The notes under the pieces were generated by a model. The model did not search any database and was not told the DNA's origin. It worked only from the letters and a program-made list of their open reading frames with translations. The position numbers and the translations under genes were made by a program. Shown one piece after another: positions 48,654 through 61,304 of a stretch of DNA of 64,000 nucleotides. Source of the DNA: Octopus sinensis (taxonomy: Eukaryota); assembly GCF_006345805.1 (NCBI RefSeq), contig NC_043025.1, positions 4,774,001-4,838,000 of the forward strand, read 5' to 3'. How positions within the stretch are numbered: the first letter of the stretch is position 1; each line of letters starts with the position of its first letter.

Positions 48654-48892
48654 CATTATTATTATAATTATTATTATTATTATTATCATCATCATCATCA
48701 TCATCATCATTATTATTATTATTATTATTATCATTATTATTATAATTATTATTATTATTATTATAATTATTATTATTATTATTATCATCATTATTATCAT
48801 TATTATTATCATTATCATTATTATTATTAGTGTTATCATTATTATTATTATTATTATTATATTTTATTATTACTATTATTATTATTATTACT
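48490..48892. repeat. (ATT)n/(ATC)n microsatellite
   Basis: Direct reading. Confidence 0.99.
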
Positions 48893-48904
48893 TACTCTCA
48901 TGAT

Positions 48905-48935
<31 letters not shown>

Positions 48936-48973
48936 CACACTGGATTATTTTACTTAAGATCAAATTCAAATCA

Positions 48974-49020
48974 ATGGAGTTACTGTTACTATCAAGATCA
49001 ATGGGAAGTATATTTGATCT
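48974..49020 (+). CDS. Candidate upstream coding exon of the alpha-kinase gene
   Basis: MELLLLSRSMGSIFD(L) ends CT|GTAAGT, a consensus donor in phase 2, which matches the phase-2 acceptor at 61843. Possible acceptor ttttacttaag at 48958. The link is inferred only from phase and splice signal. Confidence 0.4.
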
Positions 49021-49411
49021 GTAAGTGAAAGAGAAGCAGTTCAGCTTACCAATTGCACTTTAAAAACATTCATAAAAGCTTTGACCTTTTTTGCCATAAA
49101 GATATTCTTGCTTTTTGATCTACAAAATTCAGACTATTCACAGAGTCCAAGACATGTATTTCAACCAGCTGCTAGGTCTTAGACTCCAAAGTCTTTTGCA
49201 AGTGATCGATTCCACGTGGGTAAAGAGTGGTTATAAGAAAAATCAACATTGTTTACATTGTTTACATTATTTACATTCTTTCTTTTACTCTTTTACTTGT
49301 TTCAGTCATTTGACTGCGGCCATGCTGGAGCACCGCCTTTAGTCGAACAAATCGACCCCGGGACTTATTCTCTGTAAGCCTAGCACTTATTCTATCGGTC
49401 TCTTTTGCTGA

Positions 49412-49790
49412 ACTGGCCTCGTGCCAGTGGCACGTAAAAAGCACCATCCGTTCGTGGCCGTTGCCGGCCACGCCTGGCCCCTGTGCCATCCGTTCATGGC
49501 CGTCTGCCAGACTCGTCTGCACCACCATCTGTTCGTGGCCGTTGCCAGTGCCGCCCCAACTGGCCTCGTGCCAGTGGCACGTAAAAAGCACCATCCGTCC
49601 ATGGCCGTTTGCCAGCTCCATCTGGCACCCACTACACTCTCGGAGTGGTTGGCGTTAGGAAGGGCAGCTAGCTGTAGAAACACTGCCAGATCAGACTGGA
49701 GCCTGGTGCAGCCTCCTGGCTTCCCAGACCCCAGTTGCACCGTCCAACCCATGCTAGCATGGAAAGCAGACGCTAAATGATGATGATGAT
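49412..49790 (+). mobile_element. Family D element (fused to a SINE-A 3' fragment at 49283-49412)
   Basis: ggcacgtaaaaagcacc units and an aaatgatgatgatg tail. Confidence 0.85.
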
Positions 49791-49894
49791 GATTAATATT
49801 TACATGTTCTTATTCATAGCTTTCTGTGTTTGACTAAAGGCGGTGCTCCAGCATGACCACAGTCAAATGACTGAAAAGAGTAAAAGAGTAGTAA

Positions 49895-50885
49895 AATGTG
49901 TGGGTGTGTGGGGGGTGTACGTGTGTGTATGAGTGTGTGTGAGCACGGGTGCGTTTGTGTGTGTATGTGTGTGTGTTTGTGTGTATGAATGTGTGTACTT
50001 GCGTGTATGTATGTGCTTGTACGTGTGTGTGTGTGTGCGTGTGTGAATGAGTGTGTGTGTGAGTGTGTGTGAGTGTGTGCTTGTGTGTGTGTTAGTGTGT
50101 GTTTGTATGTGTCTGTGTGGGTGTATGTGTTTGTGTGTGTGTGTGTGTGTGTGAGCACGGGTGCGTTTGTGTGTGTATGTGTGTGTGTTTGTGTGTATTA
50201 GTGTGTGTACTTGTGTGTATGTATGTGCTTGTACGTGTGTGTGTGTGAATGAGTGTGTGTGCTTGTGTGTGTGAGTGTGTGCTTGGTGTGTGAGAGTGGT
50301 GTGCTTGTGTGTTTGTGTGAATGAGTGTGTGTGTGAGTGTGTGTGAGTGGTGTGCTTGTGTGTGTGTTAGTGTGTGTTTGTATGTGTCTGTGTGGGTGTA
50401 TGTGTTTGTGTGTGTGTGTGTGTGTGTGAGCACGGGTGCGTTTGTGTGTGTATGTGTGTGTGTTTGTGTGTATTAGTGTGTGTACTTGTGTGTATGTATG
50501 TGCTTGTACGTGTGTGTGTGTGAATGAGTGTGTGTGCTTGTGTGTGTGAGTGTGTGCTTGTGTGTATGAGTGTGTGCTTGTGTGTTTGTGTGAATGAGTG
50601 TGTGTGCGCGTGTGTGTGAGTGTTTGAGTGTGCGTGAGTGTGTGCGCGTGTGTGTGAGTGTGTGCTTGTGTGTGTGTTAGTGTGTGTTTGTCTGTGTCTG
50701 TGTGGGTGTATGTGTTTGTGTGTGTGCATGTGTGAGTGAGTGAGTGTGTGCATGTGTGAATGAGTGTGTGCATGTGTGAGTGAGTGAGTGTGTATGTATG
50801 CATGTGTGTGAGCGTGAGTGTGTTCGTGCGTGTGTGTAAGTGTGTGTGTGTGTGTGCATGCATGTGTGTGTGTCCGTGTGTCCGT
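49895..50885. repeat. Degenerate (TG)n tract with internal duplications
   Basis: gagcacgggtgcgtttg recurs three times. Confidence 0.95.
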
Positions 50886-51344
50886 ACATACATCCATACT
50901 GAGTTTAAGGCAGAAAAGCAAAACAAAAAAAAAACAACCTTGATTAAATTCTTGCAGAAACAAAACCAAAACACCCCTGCAATATACCCCGGTTCTTGCC
51001 ACCCTTTCTCAATGGTAGCTCTAATACCAGGTGTAAGGTAAAGAAAGGAATCAGGGTGGAATCAAGGGAGAGAGAGAGGAAGGGGGCGAGAAAGAGAGGG
51101 AAGCAAAGCAGCAAGGAAGGTGGGGTGTGAGAGGGGAAAAGGGAAGAGGGTGGGCCTGTATTTAGGCAAGGTATGATGACATTACCTTTACTACCCGGGG
51201 TGCGTGGGTAAGGTGGGGCTGTTATCTCGTGTGTCAGTGAAACCTAACTGATAAGAAGAGAGAACATTAGGGCCTTATATAGCAAAAGAAGGACTGCCAA
51301 AGGAGAAGGTTTTAACGGGGGGTGGGGGGGGCAGGGGATAGGGA

Positions 51345-51575
51345 GTCAATGTGGAGGCGGTGGTGGTGTTGGTGGTGATGGTCGTCGTCGGCGGCGGTGG
51401 CGTCGTAGTTGTCATCATGGCGATGGCGTTGGTGATAAAAGTAAATGGTGGTGGTGGTGGGGTGGTGGTGGTTGTAGTAGTGGTGAAAGTACTATTGTTG
51501 CTGTTGCTGTTGTTGGTAGTGATGTTGATGGTGGTGGTGGTGGTGGTGGTGGTGATAGTGGTTATGGTGCCATTG

Positions 51576-51607
<32 letters not shown>

Positions 51608-52450
51608 GTCCATGCTGGCGGTGGTGGTGGTGGTAGTAGTGGCCATGGTGGTGGTCATCATCATGGTTGTGGTCGTGGTGTTGGCGGCGGTGGTCGTGGA
51701 GGTGGTGATGGTGGTGGTGGTGGTGGCGGCGGCGGCGGCGGCGGCGGTGGTCGTCGTGGTCGTGGTCGTGATGATGGTGGTGGTCGTGGCGGTGGCGGGG
51801 TCGTGGTGATGGTGACAATGATGGTACTGACAGCTGTAATGATGCTGATGGTGGTGGTGGTGGTGGTGGTGGTGGTGGTGGTGGTTGTGGTGGTGGTGGT
51901 GGTGCTGGTGGTGGCAGCAGTAGTGATAGCGGAGGCAGTGGTGATAGTGCTGATGGTGATGGTGGTGATGTTAATAATGGTAGTGGGTGGAGGATGGTGC
52001 CCCCCACCCCCCATCAGTGATGGTGTTAATGACAGGTAACACTGATGATAATGAGAGTATCATCAAACAAGGACAAGCAGTGATGTACCTGTCGTTGTCA
52101 TTAGTAATGGTGGTGGTGGTGGTAGTGGTGGTAGTGGTGGTTGTGGTGGTGGTGGTGGTGGTGGTGGTGGTTGTGGTATGGTGGTGATGGTGGTGGTGGT
52201 GGTAGTGGTGGTGGTGGTATGGTGGTGATAATGGTGGTGGTGTTGGTGGTGGTAGTGGTATGGTGGTGATGGTGGTGGTGGTGGTGGTGGTAGTGATGGT
52301 GGTGGTGGTGGTGGTGGTGGTATGGTGGTGATGGTGGTGGTGGTGGTAGTGGTGGTGGTATGGTGGTGGTATGGTGGTGGTGGTGGTGGTAGTGGTGGTG
52401 CTGGTGGTGGTGGTGGTGGTGGTGGTGGTGGGGTGGTGGTAGTAGTGTTA
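51345..52450. repeat. (GGT)n-rich low-complexity tract
   Basis: Direct reading; source of the poly-V/H/T/P pseudo-ORFs. Confidence 0.95.
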
Positions 52451-52485
52451 ATAACTGGTTAATATTGGTAGTAGTGGTTCAGGCA

Positions 52486-53125
52486 GTGAGCTGGCAGAAT
52501 CAGTAAGCATGCAGAACGGAATGCTTAGTGGTATTTTTCGTCTGCGTTACGTTGTGAGTTCAAATTCCACCGAGGTCGACTTTGCCTTTCATCCTTTCGG
52601 GGTCGATGTAATCGACTTAATACCTATGCCTGTCCTTGTTTGTCCCCTCTATGTTTAGCCCCTTGTGGGTAGTAAAGAAATAGGTATTTTTCATCTGTCT
52701 GTGCATCTGTACATTCTGAGTTCAAATTCTGCCTGGGTCAGCTTTACCTTTCCTCCTTTCAGGGTGCATAAAATAAATACCAGTTGAATACTGGGTGGGT
52801 GGGGGGGGGGACGATGCATTCGACTTACCCCTCATCTGAAATTACTGGCTTTGTGCCAAAATTATTATTATTATTATTATCATCATCATTATTACTATTA
52901 TTATTATTATTAGTTGTAGTGGTGGTGGTGGTGGTGGTGGTGGTAGTATTTGGCAGAATCGTTAGCATGGTGGACAGAATGCTTAATGGTATTTCGCCGA
53001 GGTCGACTTTGCTTTCGTCCTTTCGGCATCGATAAATTAAGTACCAGTTGTGTACTGAGGTTGATGTAATCGACTAGCCCCCCCCCCCACACAAATTTCA
53101 GGACTTGTGCCTATAACAGGAAGGA
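52486..53125 (+). mobile_element. SINE family B copies (dimer 52486-52870; deleted copy 52945-53125)
   Basis: Family-B head and body. Confidence 0.85.
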
Positions 53126-53190
53126 CTATTATTATTATCAACATCATCATCATCATCATCATCATTATTATTATTATTATTATTATTATT

Positions 53191-54287
53191 GAGTGAGTGA
53201 GCAGAGCATACTATCAAATTAACACTGGGGTACAATTATACGAAGCCCAATATGGCCATCATGACTAACCATCTGGTAAGGGTGCACCAGGCACATGTAT
53301 CACAACCATATGCGCACAACATGGTGATCTCATATCAAGATAAACAGCAAATGACCTTGCAGTTAGAATTTTCTTCAGGTTGAGTAGCTCATTCCCACTC
53401 AAAAGGTCCCTGAATAAGGGTTGTTTAAGGATGTTGATTGAAACACCCATGTTTACAGAGGTTAATTATCCAAACCCCAAAGAATCCCTCTCAACACATG
53501 GCTATGATGCTCCCCCACTACTTCTGCTCGTGATCAGAGATGCACATATCGTCAGCCACTAAGGGACATGCTCAAGTGGTTAAGGTCAAACAACTGACAA
53601 GCAAATCTGTGGTATTGAGCAGAATATTTGCTGTAGCCCATCTTTTATACCAAGACAAAACAATGTACATGATAACACTTCCAATCAGTTAAGATCAGAA
53701 GCCATGAGAGCCACTGCCTGGTACTGCATCAGGGCATTAGCAAATCTGTGGTATTGAACAGAATATTTGCTGTAGCCATCTTTTATACCAAGACAAAACA
53801 ATGTACATGATAACACTTCCAATCAGTTAAGATCAGAAGCCATGAGAGCCACTGCCTGGTACTGCATCAGGGCATAGCAAATCTGTGGTATTGAGCAGAA
53901 TATTTGCTGTAGCCATCTTTTATACCAAGACAAAACAATGTACATGATAACACTTCCAATCAGTTAAGATCAGAAGCCATGAGAGCCACTGCCTGGTACT
54001 GCATCAGGGCATAGCAAATCTGTGGTATTGAGCAGAATATTTGCTGTAGCCCATCTTTTATACCACGGCAAAACAATGTACATGATAACACTTCCAATCA
54101 GTTAAGATCAGAAGCCATGAGAGCCACTGCCTGGTACTGCATCAGGGCATTAGCAAATCTGTGGTATTGAGCGGAATATTTGCTGTAGCCCATCTTTTAT
54201 ACCAAGACAAAACAATGTACATGATAACACTTCCAATCAGTTAAGATCAGAAGCCACAAGATCCACTGCCAAGTACTACATCAGGGC

Positions 54288-54290
<3 letters not shown>
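53191..54290 (-). mobile_element. Unclassified (TAA)n-flanked element with five tandem ~138-bp copies of one end
   Basis: agcaaatctgtggtattga at 53600, 53739, 53876, 54013 and 54152. Colinear fragments of the same element occur at 19860-21670. Confidence 0.75.
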
Positions 54291-54341
<51 letters not shown>

Positions 54342-54579
54342 GATTATTATTATTATTATGATTATTATTATTATTATCATTATTATGATTATTATTATTA
54401 TTATGATTATTATTATTATTATTATTATGATTATTATTATTATTATTATGATTATTATTATTATTATTATTATGATTTTTCCTTCTTTCTTCAAATTTTC
54501 TTCCGTTTCTCACCGAGTGTTTTCCATATACCTAGGGCAGAGAAGGGCATTGCATGCATTCCCAGATTACACGCGCAAA

Positions 54580-54945
54580 TCTCTCTCTATATTAACGGCA
54601 GTTTGTCTGTGCGTGTTTCTGTGTGTCTGTTTGCTTGTACCCTCACCCTGACCATGGCTTTCAACCGATTCTGATGAAACTTGACACACACATAGCCCAA
54701 TGTCATAATTCAAAACTAACGCAGCGAAAATTTTGAAAAGTTCCCCCAGTTCTGAAAATAATCGATAAATTCGACATGGGGTCGAGAATCAGAAACACAA
54801 ACCGTCTAGGGGACGCAACTCCACCTTTTTTTACTCTCAAAAAAAATTTACCATCATTTTTTTCCATTTTTTGGCTATAACTCTCTAAAAATGCTTTATA
54901 GTTATTTCCCTTACAAACCTGAGCAACGCTGGGCGATACTGCTAG
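54580..54945 (+). mobile_element. Non-autonomous Helitron, different 5' body with the same 3' end
   Basis: A|TCTCTCTCTATATTAA start; gagcaacgctggg..CTAG|T end. Confidence 0.8.
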
Positions 54946-54959
54946 TTCACAGATAAAAT

Positions 54960-55214
54960 ATGTATTTAAAAATTCATGGATGGATGTTATTTTCACAGCG
55001 ATAGTGCTCTTCTCAGTACATGAGCCGTTCCAGTTAACACGATTTTTTGCACTTCCTATAGGGATGGTAGGCCTGGAATCGTTTTCAAATAGGTTTCAGT
55101 ACCTTCTTTTATCATTCCTAGAGATCCTACAATCACTGGTACTGTAATCGCCTTGAGATGCCACATTTTTTCAATTTCTATTAGCAGGTCTTTATATTTA
55201 CTAATCTTGTCAAT
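54960..55214 (-). mobile_element. Dong/R4-clade (REL endonuclease) LINE 3' fragment B
   Basis: IDKISKYKDLLIEIEKMWHLKAITVPVIVGSLGMIK...*EVQKIVLTGTAHVLRRALSL*. Confidence 0.85.
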
Positions 55215-55681
55215 ATTATTATTATTATCATTGTTCAGTAGTTTTATTTTTATAGCGTGCTTTCACTTCACTACCGAGCGCAGCTCTGTGTACCTTGGGT
55301 ATGTGCTGTGATTTGTTGTGATGCTCTGATGGTTATTGTATGGAAAGTGTTTTGCGTAGGCTGTGTGCAGTGCCTAGTAGTGCAATTTTCTGTATGTTAT
55401 ATGTGTTTGTAAGTCCTGGTGTTTTTGTTATGTATTTGTCTGAATATTTTTTTATCATGCCTAATGCCCCTACTATGATAGGAATTGTTTCTGTTTTCAG
55501 GTTCCACATTCTAGTTACCTCTATTTCCAGGTCTTTGTATTTTGAGAGTTTCTCCATTTCTTTTAGAGACACGTTGTCATCTGCCGGTATTGATACATCA
55601 ATTAGAAAGCATTTTTTTTCTTCATGATCTCTGACAACTATATCTGGTCTGTTGGCCTTAATTTCTCTATCTGTGTGATGG
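55215..55681 (-). mobile_element. Dong/R4-clade LINE 3' fragment A with (AAT)n tail
   Basis: HTDREIKANRPDIVVRDHEEKKCFLIDVSIPADDNVSLKEMEKLSKYKDLEIEVTRMW...IQKIALLGTAH: PD-(D/E)xK REL motif. Confidence 0.9.
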
Positions 55682-55716
55682 TAGATGGAGTGGTCATGGT
55701 GTTGTTGGCGGTGTTG

Positions 55717-55763
<47 letters not shown>

Positions 55764-55765
55764 GG

Positions 55766-56135
55766 AAGGTGGTGAGCTGGCAGAATCGTTAACATAAGGA
55801 TGAAATGCTTAGCGGTAGTTCATCCATTGCTACTTTCTGAATTTAAATTCCGCCGAGGTTGACTTTGCCTTTCATCCTTTCAGGGTCGATAAATTAAGTA
55901 CCTGTGAATAGAAAAGATTATTATTAGGGCAGCAAGCTGGCAGCATCGTTAGCATGCCAGGTGAAATGCTTAGCAGCATTTTGTCCTTCTTTACATTCTG
56001 AGTTCAAATCCTGTCAAGACCAGCTTTGCCTTTTCATCCCTTCAGGGTCTATAAAAAAAGGTACCAGTTGAATACTGGTGTCGACGTAATCAACTTATCC
56101 CCTTCCCCAAAATTGCTAGCCTTGTGCCAAAATTT
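55766..56135 (+). mobile_element. Two SINE family B copies (55766-55915, 55927-56135)
   Basis: Family-B heads with alternative tails. Confidence 0.85.
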
Positions 56136-57348
56136 GAAAACAGTGGTAGTGGTAAGGGAGTGAGCTGGCAGGCTCATTAGCACATTACTCTGGGTGGTGG
56201 TGAGTCTTGTGGGTGGGGGATTCCTGCCAGGTGGTATGAGAAATTGCGGCATGTTGGTGGTAGTGATGGTAGTGGTGGCCATGGTACTAGTAAATACCAC
56301 TATTGGTTGTAGTGATGGTAGTAGTGGTGTTATTGTTGACGGTGGTGTTGAGGTTTTTGCTGATGGTGTTGGTGGTGGTAGTGATGGTAGATGGAGTGGT
56401 CATGGTGTTGTTGGCGGTGTTGTTGTTGTTGTTGTTATTGGTGGTGGTGGTGGTGGTGGTGGTGGTGGTGATGGTGTAGCTGTGGTGGTGGTGGTGGTGT
56501 AGTGGTGGTAGTGGTGGTGGTAGCAGTGGTGGTGGTGGTGGCAGTGGTGGTGGTGTAGCAGTGGTGGTAGTGGGGGTCGGTGGTGGTGGAGGTGGTGGTG
56601 GTAATGATGATGATGATGGGGAATGGTAGTGGTAATGAAGATGGTGGTAGTGGTTGTGGTGGAGGTAATGGTGGTGGTGTTGGTGGAGGTGGTGGTGGTG
56701 GTGGTGGTGATGGTATCATTTAAAAAAAGGGTTGAATGCAGGGAGAAAAGAGAGAGAAGAAAGACAGAAGTAAGGTACTGGATGGAGCAGGGGGAAACAG
56801 GGGGGAAGAGAAGGGTCTGCTTTTGTTTGGTGGGGGGCAAGGATGAAAAAAAAACAAAAACGAAGGGGTGTGGAGGTGCCATGGTACATCATAACCCCTC
56901 CTGAAAAGTAAGAAGGGGAGGAGGCCCGGTGGAGTGGCTGGTGAGGGGGGCTGGAATTCCCTGGTCTCCCAGAAAATGTTTACACCATGGAAGGCTTAAG
57001 CCTTAAAACAGTCACAGAAGGGAAGGGAGTTTCTCACACCACCACCAACAACAACAACAACCAACAACAACAACTTCACAACCAACAACAACAACTTCAC
57101 AACCAACACCAACACCGTAACTGCTGAAAGAAACTTTGTATAACCAGTTTAAACTGCTTTTGAAGACCCAAGGGGAAGAGGCAGAGTAAGGGCTTTGAAA
57201 GGAAAACTGATGCCTGGTTTTAAGAGAATTTAGGAATCTAGGGGCTTGTGGGATTCTTTCGGTTGTAGGGTAGTTTGTTGTTCAAACTGTTTCAAAGTAC
57301 ACGCAACATACACACATAATTAGGATAAAGTCATTAATTAATGATTTA

Positions 57349-57685
57349 TCAGTTGCACCACATATATGCACATATATCACTATGATCACCGTGACCGACC
57401 AGTCTATCAGATGTTGTTACACATCGCTGGTCACAATGCGTTTCGCATTGTTTTAGCCTTCGAATGACGCCACCCCGCTGGCTAAGCGAGCCGTCCAACA
57501 GAAGAAAGAGTGAGAGAAAGTTGTGGCGAAAGAGTACAGCAGGGACCGCCACCACCCCCTGCGGGAGCCTCGTGGAGCTTTAGGTGTTTTCGCTCAATAA
57601 ACACTCACATCGCCCGGTCTGGGAAACGAAACCGCGATCCTACGACTGCGAGTCTGCTGCCCTAACCACTGGGCCCTTGCGCCTC
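57349..57685 (-). mobile_element. SINE family C
   Basis: Reverse complement of the 30579-30856 type. Confidence 0.9.
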
Positions 57686-57874
57686 CACATATGCACATAT
57701 ATACTTACTCATATATACACACACGTGTGTGTGTGTATACATATAGATATACCTAAAGATAGACAGACATAGATAGATAGATAAAGTGGATAGATAAATA
57801 GAGAGATAGATAGGTGGATAGATAGATAGATAAATAGATAGATAGATAGATGGATGGATGGATGGATGGATGGA

Positions 57875-58045
57875 CGCCAGCGCCGCCTTGACTGGCTTCT
57901 GTGCCGGTGGCATGTAAAAAGCACCAACCAATCGTGGCCGTTGCCAGCCTCCCCTAGCACCTGTGCCAGAGGCACGTAAAAAGTACCCACTACACTCATG
58001 GAGTGGTTGGCATTAGGAAGGGCATCCAGCTGTAGAAACACTGCC
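57875..58045 (+). mobile_element. Family D fragment
   Basis: ggcacgtaaaaag..gtggttggcattaggaagggcatccagctgtagaaac. Confidence 0.8.
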
Positions 58046-58132
58046 ACATGGTGGGTGTGTTAATTAATAAGGCATGAAAACAGAATGAATCTCCCCAGAC
58101 ACAATATATATATATATATATATATACATATT

Positions 58133-58398
58133 GGCATAGGAGTGGCTGTGCGGTAAGTAGCTTGCTTACCAACCATGTGGTTCTGGGTTCAGTCTCACTG
58201 CATGGCACCTTGGGCAAGTCTCTTCTCCTATAGTCTTGGGCCGACCAAAGCCTTGTGAGTGGATTTCGTAGACAGAAACTGATAGAAGCCTGTCGTATAT
58301 ATATATATATATTAAAATTAAAATGAGGGTGAAAAATTAGATATTAATTTGATAACATCAATTTAACACCAGTGGTCTAGCATTTAAAAAACTGAGGT

Positions 58399-58444
<46 letters not shown>

Positions 58445-58668
58445 TGTATGTATGTGTATATGTTTGTGTGTCTGTGTTTCTCCCCACAACATCGCTTGAC
58501 AACCGATGCTGGTGTGTTTACGTCCCCGTAACTTAGCAGTTCAGCAAAAGATACCAATAAAATAAGTACTAGGCTTACAAAGAATAATTTCTGGGGTTGA
58601 TATGCTCAACTAACGGCGGTGCTCCAGCATGGCCACAGTCACATGACTGAAACAAATGAAAGAATAGA
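58133..58668 (+). mobile_element. SINE family A, split by an insertion in its central microsatellite
   Basis: Head 58133-58290, tail ~58460-58668. Confidence 0.85.
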
Positions 58669-58989
58669 ATATATATATATATGTGTGTGTGTGTGTATAG
58701 TAAGAAAAGGAAGAAGCATTTCGAGTTGTAATGCAAAAAAGTTATATCTAAAATAAAAGAAAAAAAATGCATACAGTTTACGTAGTTTTTATAAATTTTA
58801 TAAGTGAAAGCGTATTGTGTTTGTCGACTGGTTTCGCTTTCGCTAATCATGATTTTGAAATTATTGTAATTTCGTATTTTCTTGAGATTTTAATCTATGT
58901 TTAGTATGGAAGTTTGTGAATAAATGTATGTATGTGTGTGTGTGTGTGCGTGTGTGTGTGTGTGCGTGTGTGGATCTGGCATGGCTGTA

Positions 58990-59165
58990 TGGCATGAAGT
59001 TTATATGGGGTGCTTGATGTTAGGAATGGCATCCAGCCGTAAAAACTGTGCCAAAACAGATACGGTAGCCTGATGTAGTCTTCTGCCTGGCCAGCTCCTG
59101 TCAAACTGTCCAACTCATGCCAGCATCTAAGATGGACGTTAAACAATGATGATGATGATGATGAT
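58990..59165 (+). mobile_element. Family D-related 3' end
   Basis: ggaatggcatccagccgtaaaaac...ggacgttaaacaatgatgatg. Confidence 0.7.
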
Positions 59166-59469
59166 GTATATCGTCAGTGTATTATATATCCGGAAATCAA
59201 GCACACTGTAAATATTAGAGCAGTAATGGATTTATGGGAAGTTATATATATATAGTCAGTTATATATATATGTGGTCAGTGAGTGACCAGTAGTTTCGCA
59301 TCCTTAAAGTACTTAACCTTACAGATAGCTTGTCAGACTCTAATAGTCATGGGCATATAACTCTAATGCCCACGACCATTAGAATCTGACGAGCTTTCTA
59401 TAATGCTAAGCAGTTTATGGATGCGAAACCATTGCTCATTCTAGGATTGGGCATATTATGAACTTCCTA

Positions 59470-60330
59470 TGTATGTGTGTGTGTGTGCAGCAGGACTGAA
59501 CCCAGAACCATGTGGCTGGTAAGCAAACCTTGCCGCACAGCCAAACCACATACACACACACTCACACACACATACACACACATACACACACACACACACG
59601 TACACATGTATACACACACACATACACACACATATAGAGCTGAAACCATGAGTGTGCATGTGTGTCTATGTGCATGTGTGTGTGTGTGTTTGTGTGTATG
59701 TGTGTGTGTGTGTGTGTGCACAGTAGGACTGAACCCAGAACCATGTGGTTGGGAAGGGTACTTCTTGCCGCACAGCCATGCCACACACACACACACACAC
59801 GTACACACATGTACACACATGCTTACACATGCACACACACATATATAGAACTGAAACCCTGAGTGCGTGTGTGTGTGTGCATGTGTGTGTGTGCTTGTGT
59901 GTGTGTGTGTGTGAATGTGTGTGTGTGTGTGTGTGCATGTGTGTGTGTGCTTGTGTGTGTGTGTGTGTGAATGTGTGTGTGTGTGTGTGTGAATGTGTGT
60001 GTGTGTGTGTGTGAATGTGTGTGTGTGTGTGTGTGTGAATGTGTGTGTGTGTGTGTGTGCACAGCAGGACTGAACCGAGAACCATGTGGTTGGGAAGGGT
60101 ACTTCTTGCTGCACAGCCATGCCACACACACACACACACACACGCACACGCATGTATGCATATGTACACATACACATGCACACACACCACACACACACAC
60201 ATATATATATATAGAATTGACACCCTGAGTGCATGTGTGTGTACATGTGTGTCTGTGTGTGTACATATATGTGTGTGTACGTATGTGTGTGTACATATGT
60301 GTGTGTATGTGTGTGTGTTTATGTGTGTGT
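59470..60330. repeat. Tandemly repeated SINE-A head fragments interleaved with (TG)n/(CA)n
   Basis: ggactgaacc..gaaccatgtgg..cacagcc at ~59490, ~59725 and ~60066. Confidence 0.85.
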
Positions 60331-60747
60331 ATATTTAACTTGTAAGCTTTATCTGAAAGTCTCAAAACCCAAAGACAAATATACACTTGTTAATTATGAT
60401 GAAAGTCCTTTAGATTAAATATGCAAACAAAAGGTGTGTATCTTTGTTTAGCTTATGTTTCTCTAATACGCAGCACCCCCCACGGGCTTATGCCCCCCCC
60501 ACTCCTCTATCTTTCCTTGATTTCAACGAAAAAGACAGTTTCTGAACATAGCTTTTTTCTGGGAAATCAAACAATATCATGTGTGTGCATGCGTGTGTAT
60601 GTATGAGTGTGTGTGTATGTGCGTGTATGTGTGTGTATGTATGTGAGCGTATGTGTGTTTGTGTGTGTTTGTGTGTCTATGTATGTATGTGTGTGTGTCT
60701 GTATGTGTGTGTGTGTGCCTATGTGTGTGTGTGTGTGCGTATGTGTA

Positions 60748-61077
60748 TTCTTATTTCTTTATTACCCACAAGGGGCTAAACAAAGAGGGGACAAACAAGG
60801 ACAGACAAAGGGACTAAGTCGATTACATTGACCCCAGTGCGTAACTGGTACTTATTTAATCGACCCCAAAAGGATGAAAGGCAAAGTCGACCTCGGCGGG
60901 ATTTGAACTCAGAACGTAACGACAGACGAAATACCTATTTCTTTACTACCCACAAGGGGCTAAACACAGAGGGGACAAACAAGGACAGACAAAGGGACTA
61001 AGTCGATTACATTGACCCCAGTGCGTAACTGGTACTTATTTAATCGACCCCAAAAGGATGAAAGGCAAAGTTGACCC
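60748..61077 (-). mobile_element. SINE family B dimer
   Basis: Junction gacgaaatacc|tatttctttactac. Confidence 0.9.
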
Positions 61078-61304
61078 CGGACGCTCAAATGGAAGCTCAA
61101 ATGTCGTCTTCAATGAGAGAATCTGTCACCACCACCACCACCCATCATCATCATCATCATCATTATAAGACACATTGAGCTGGCAGAATCGTTAGCATGC
61201 CGGACGAAATGCTTAGCGGTGTTTCGTCTGTCCTCATGTTCTGAGTTCAAATTCCACTGTTATTGTTGTTATTATTGTTGTTATTGTTATTATTATTGTT
61301 ATTG

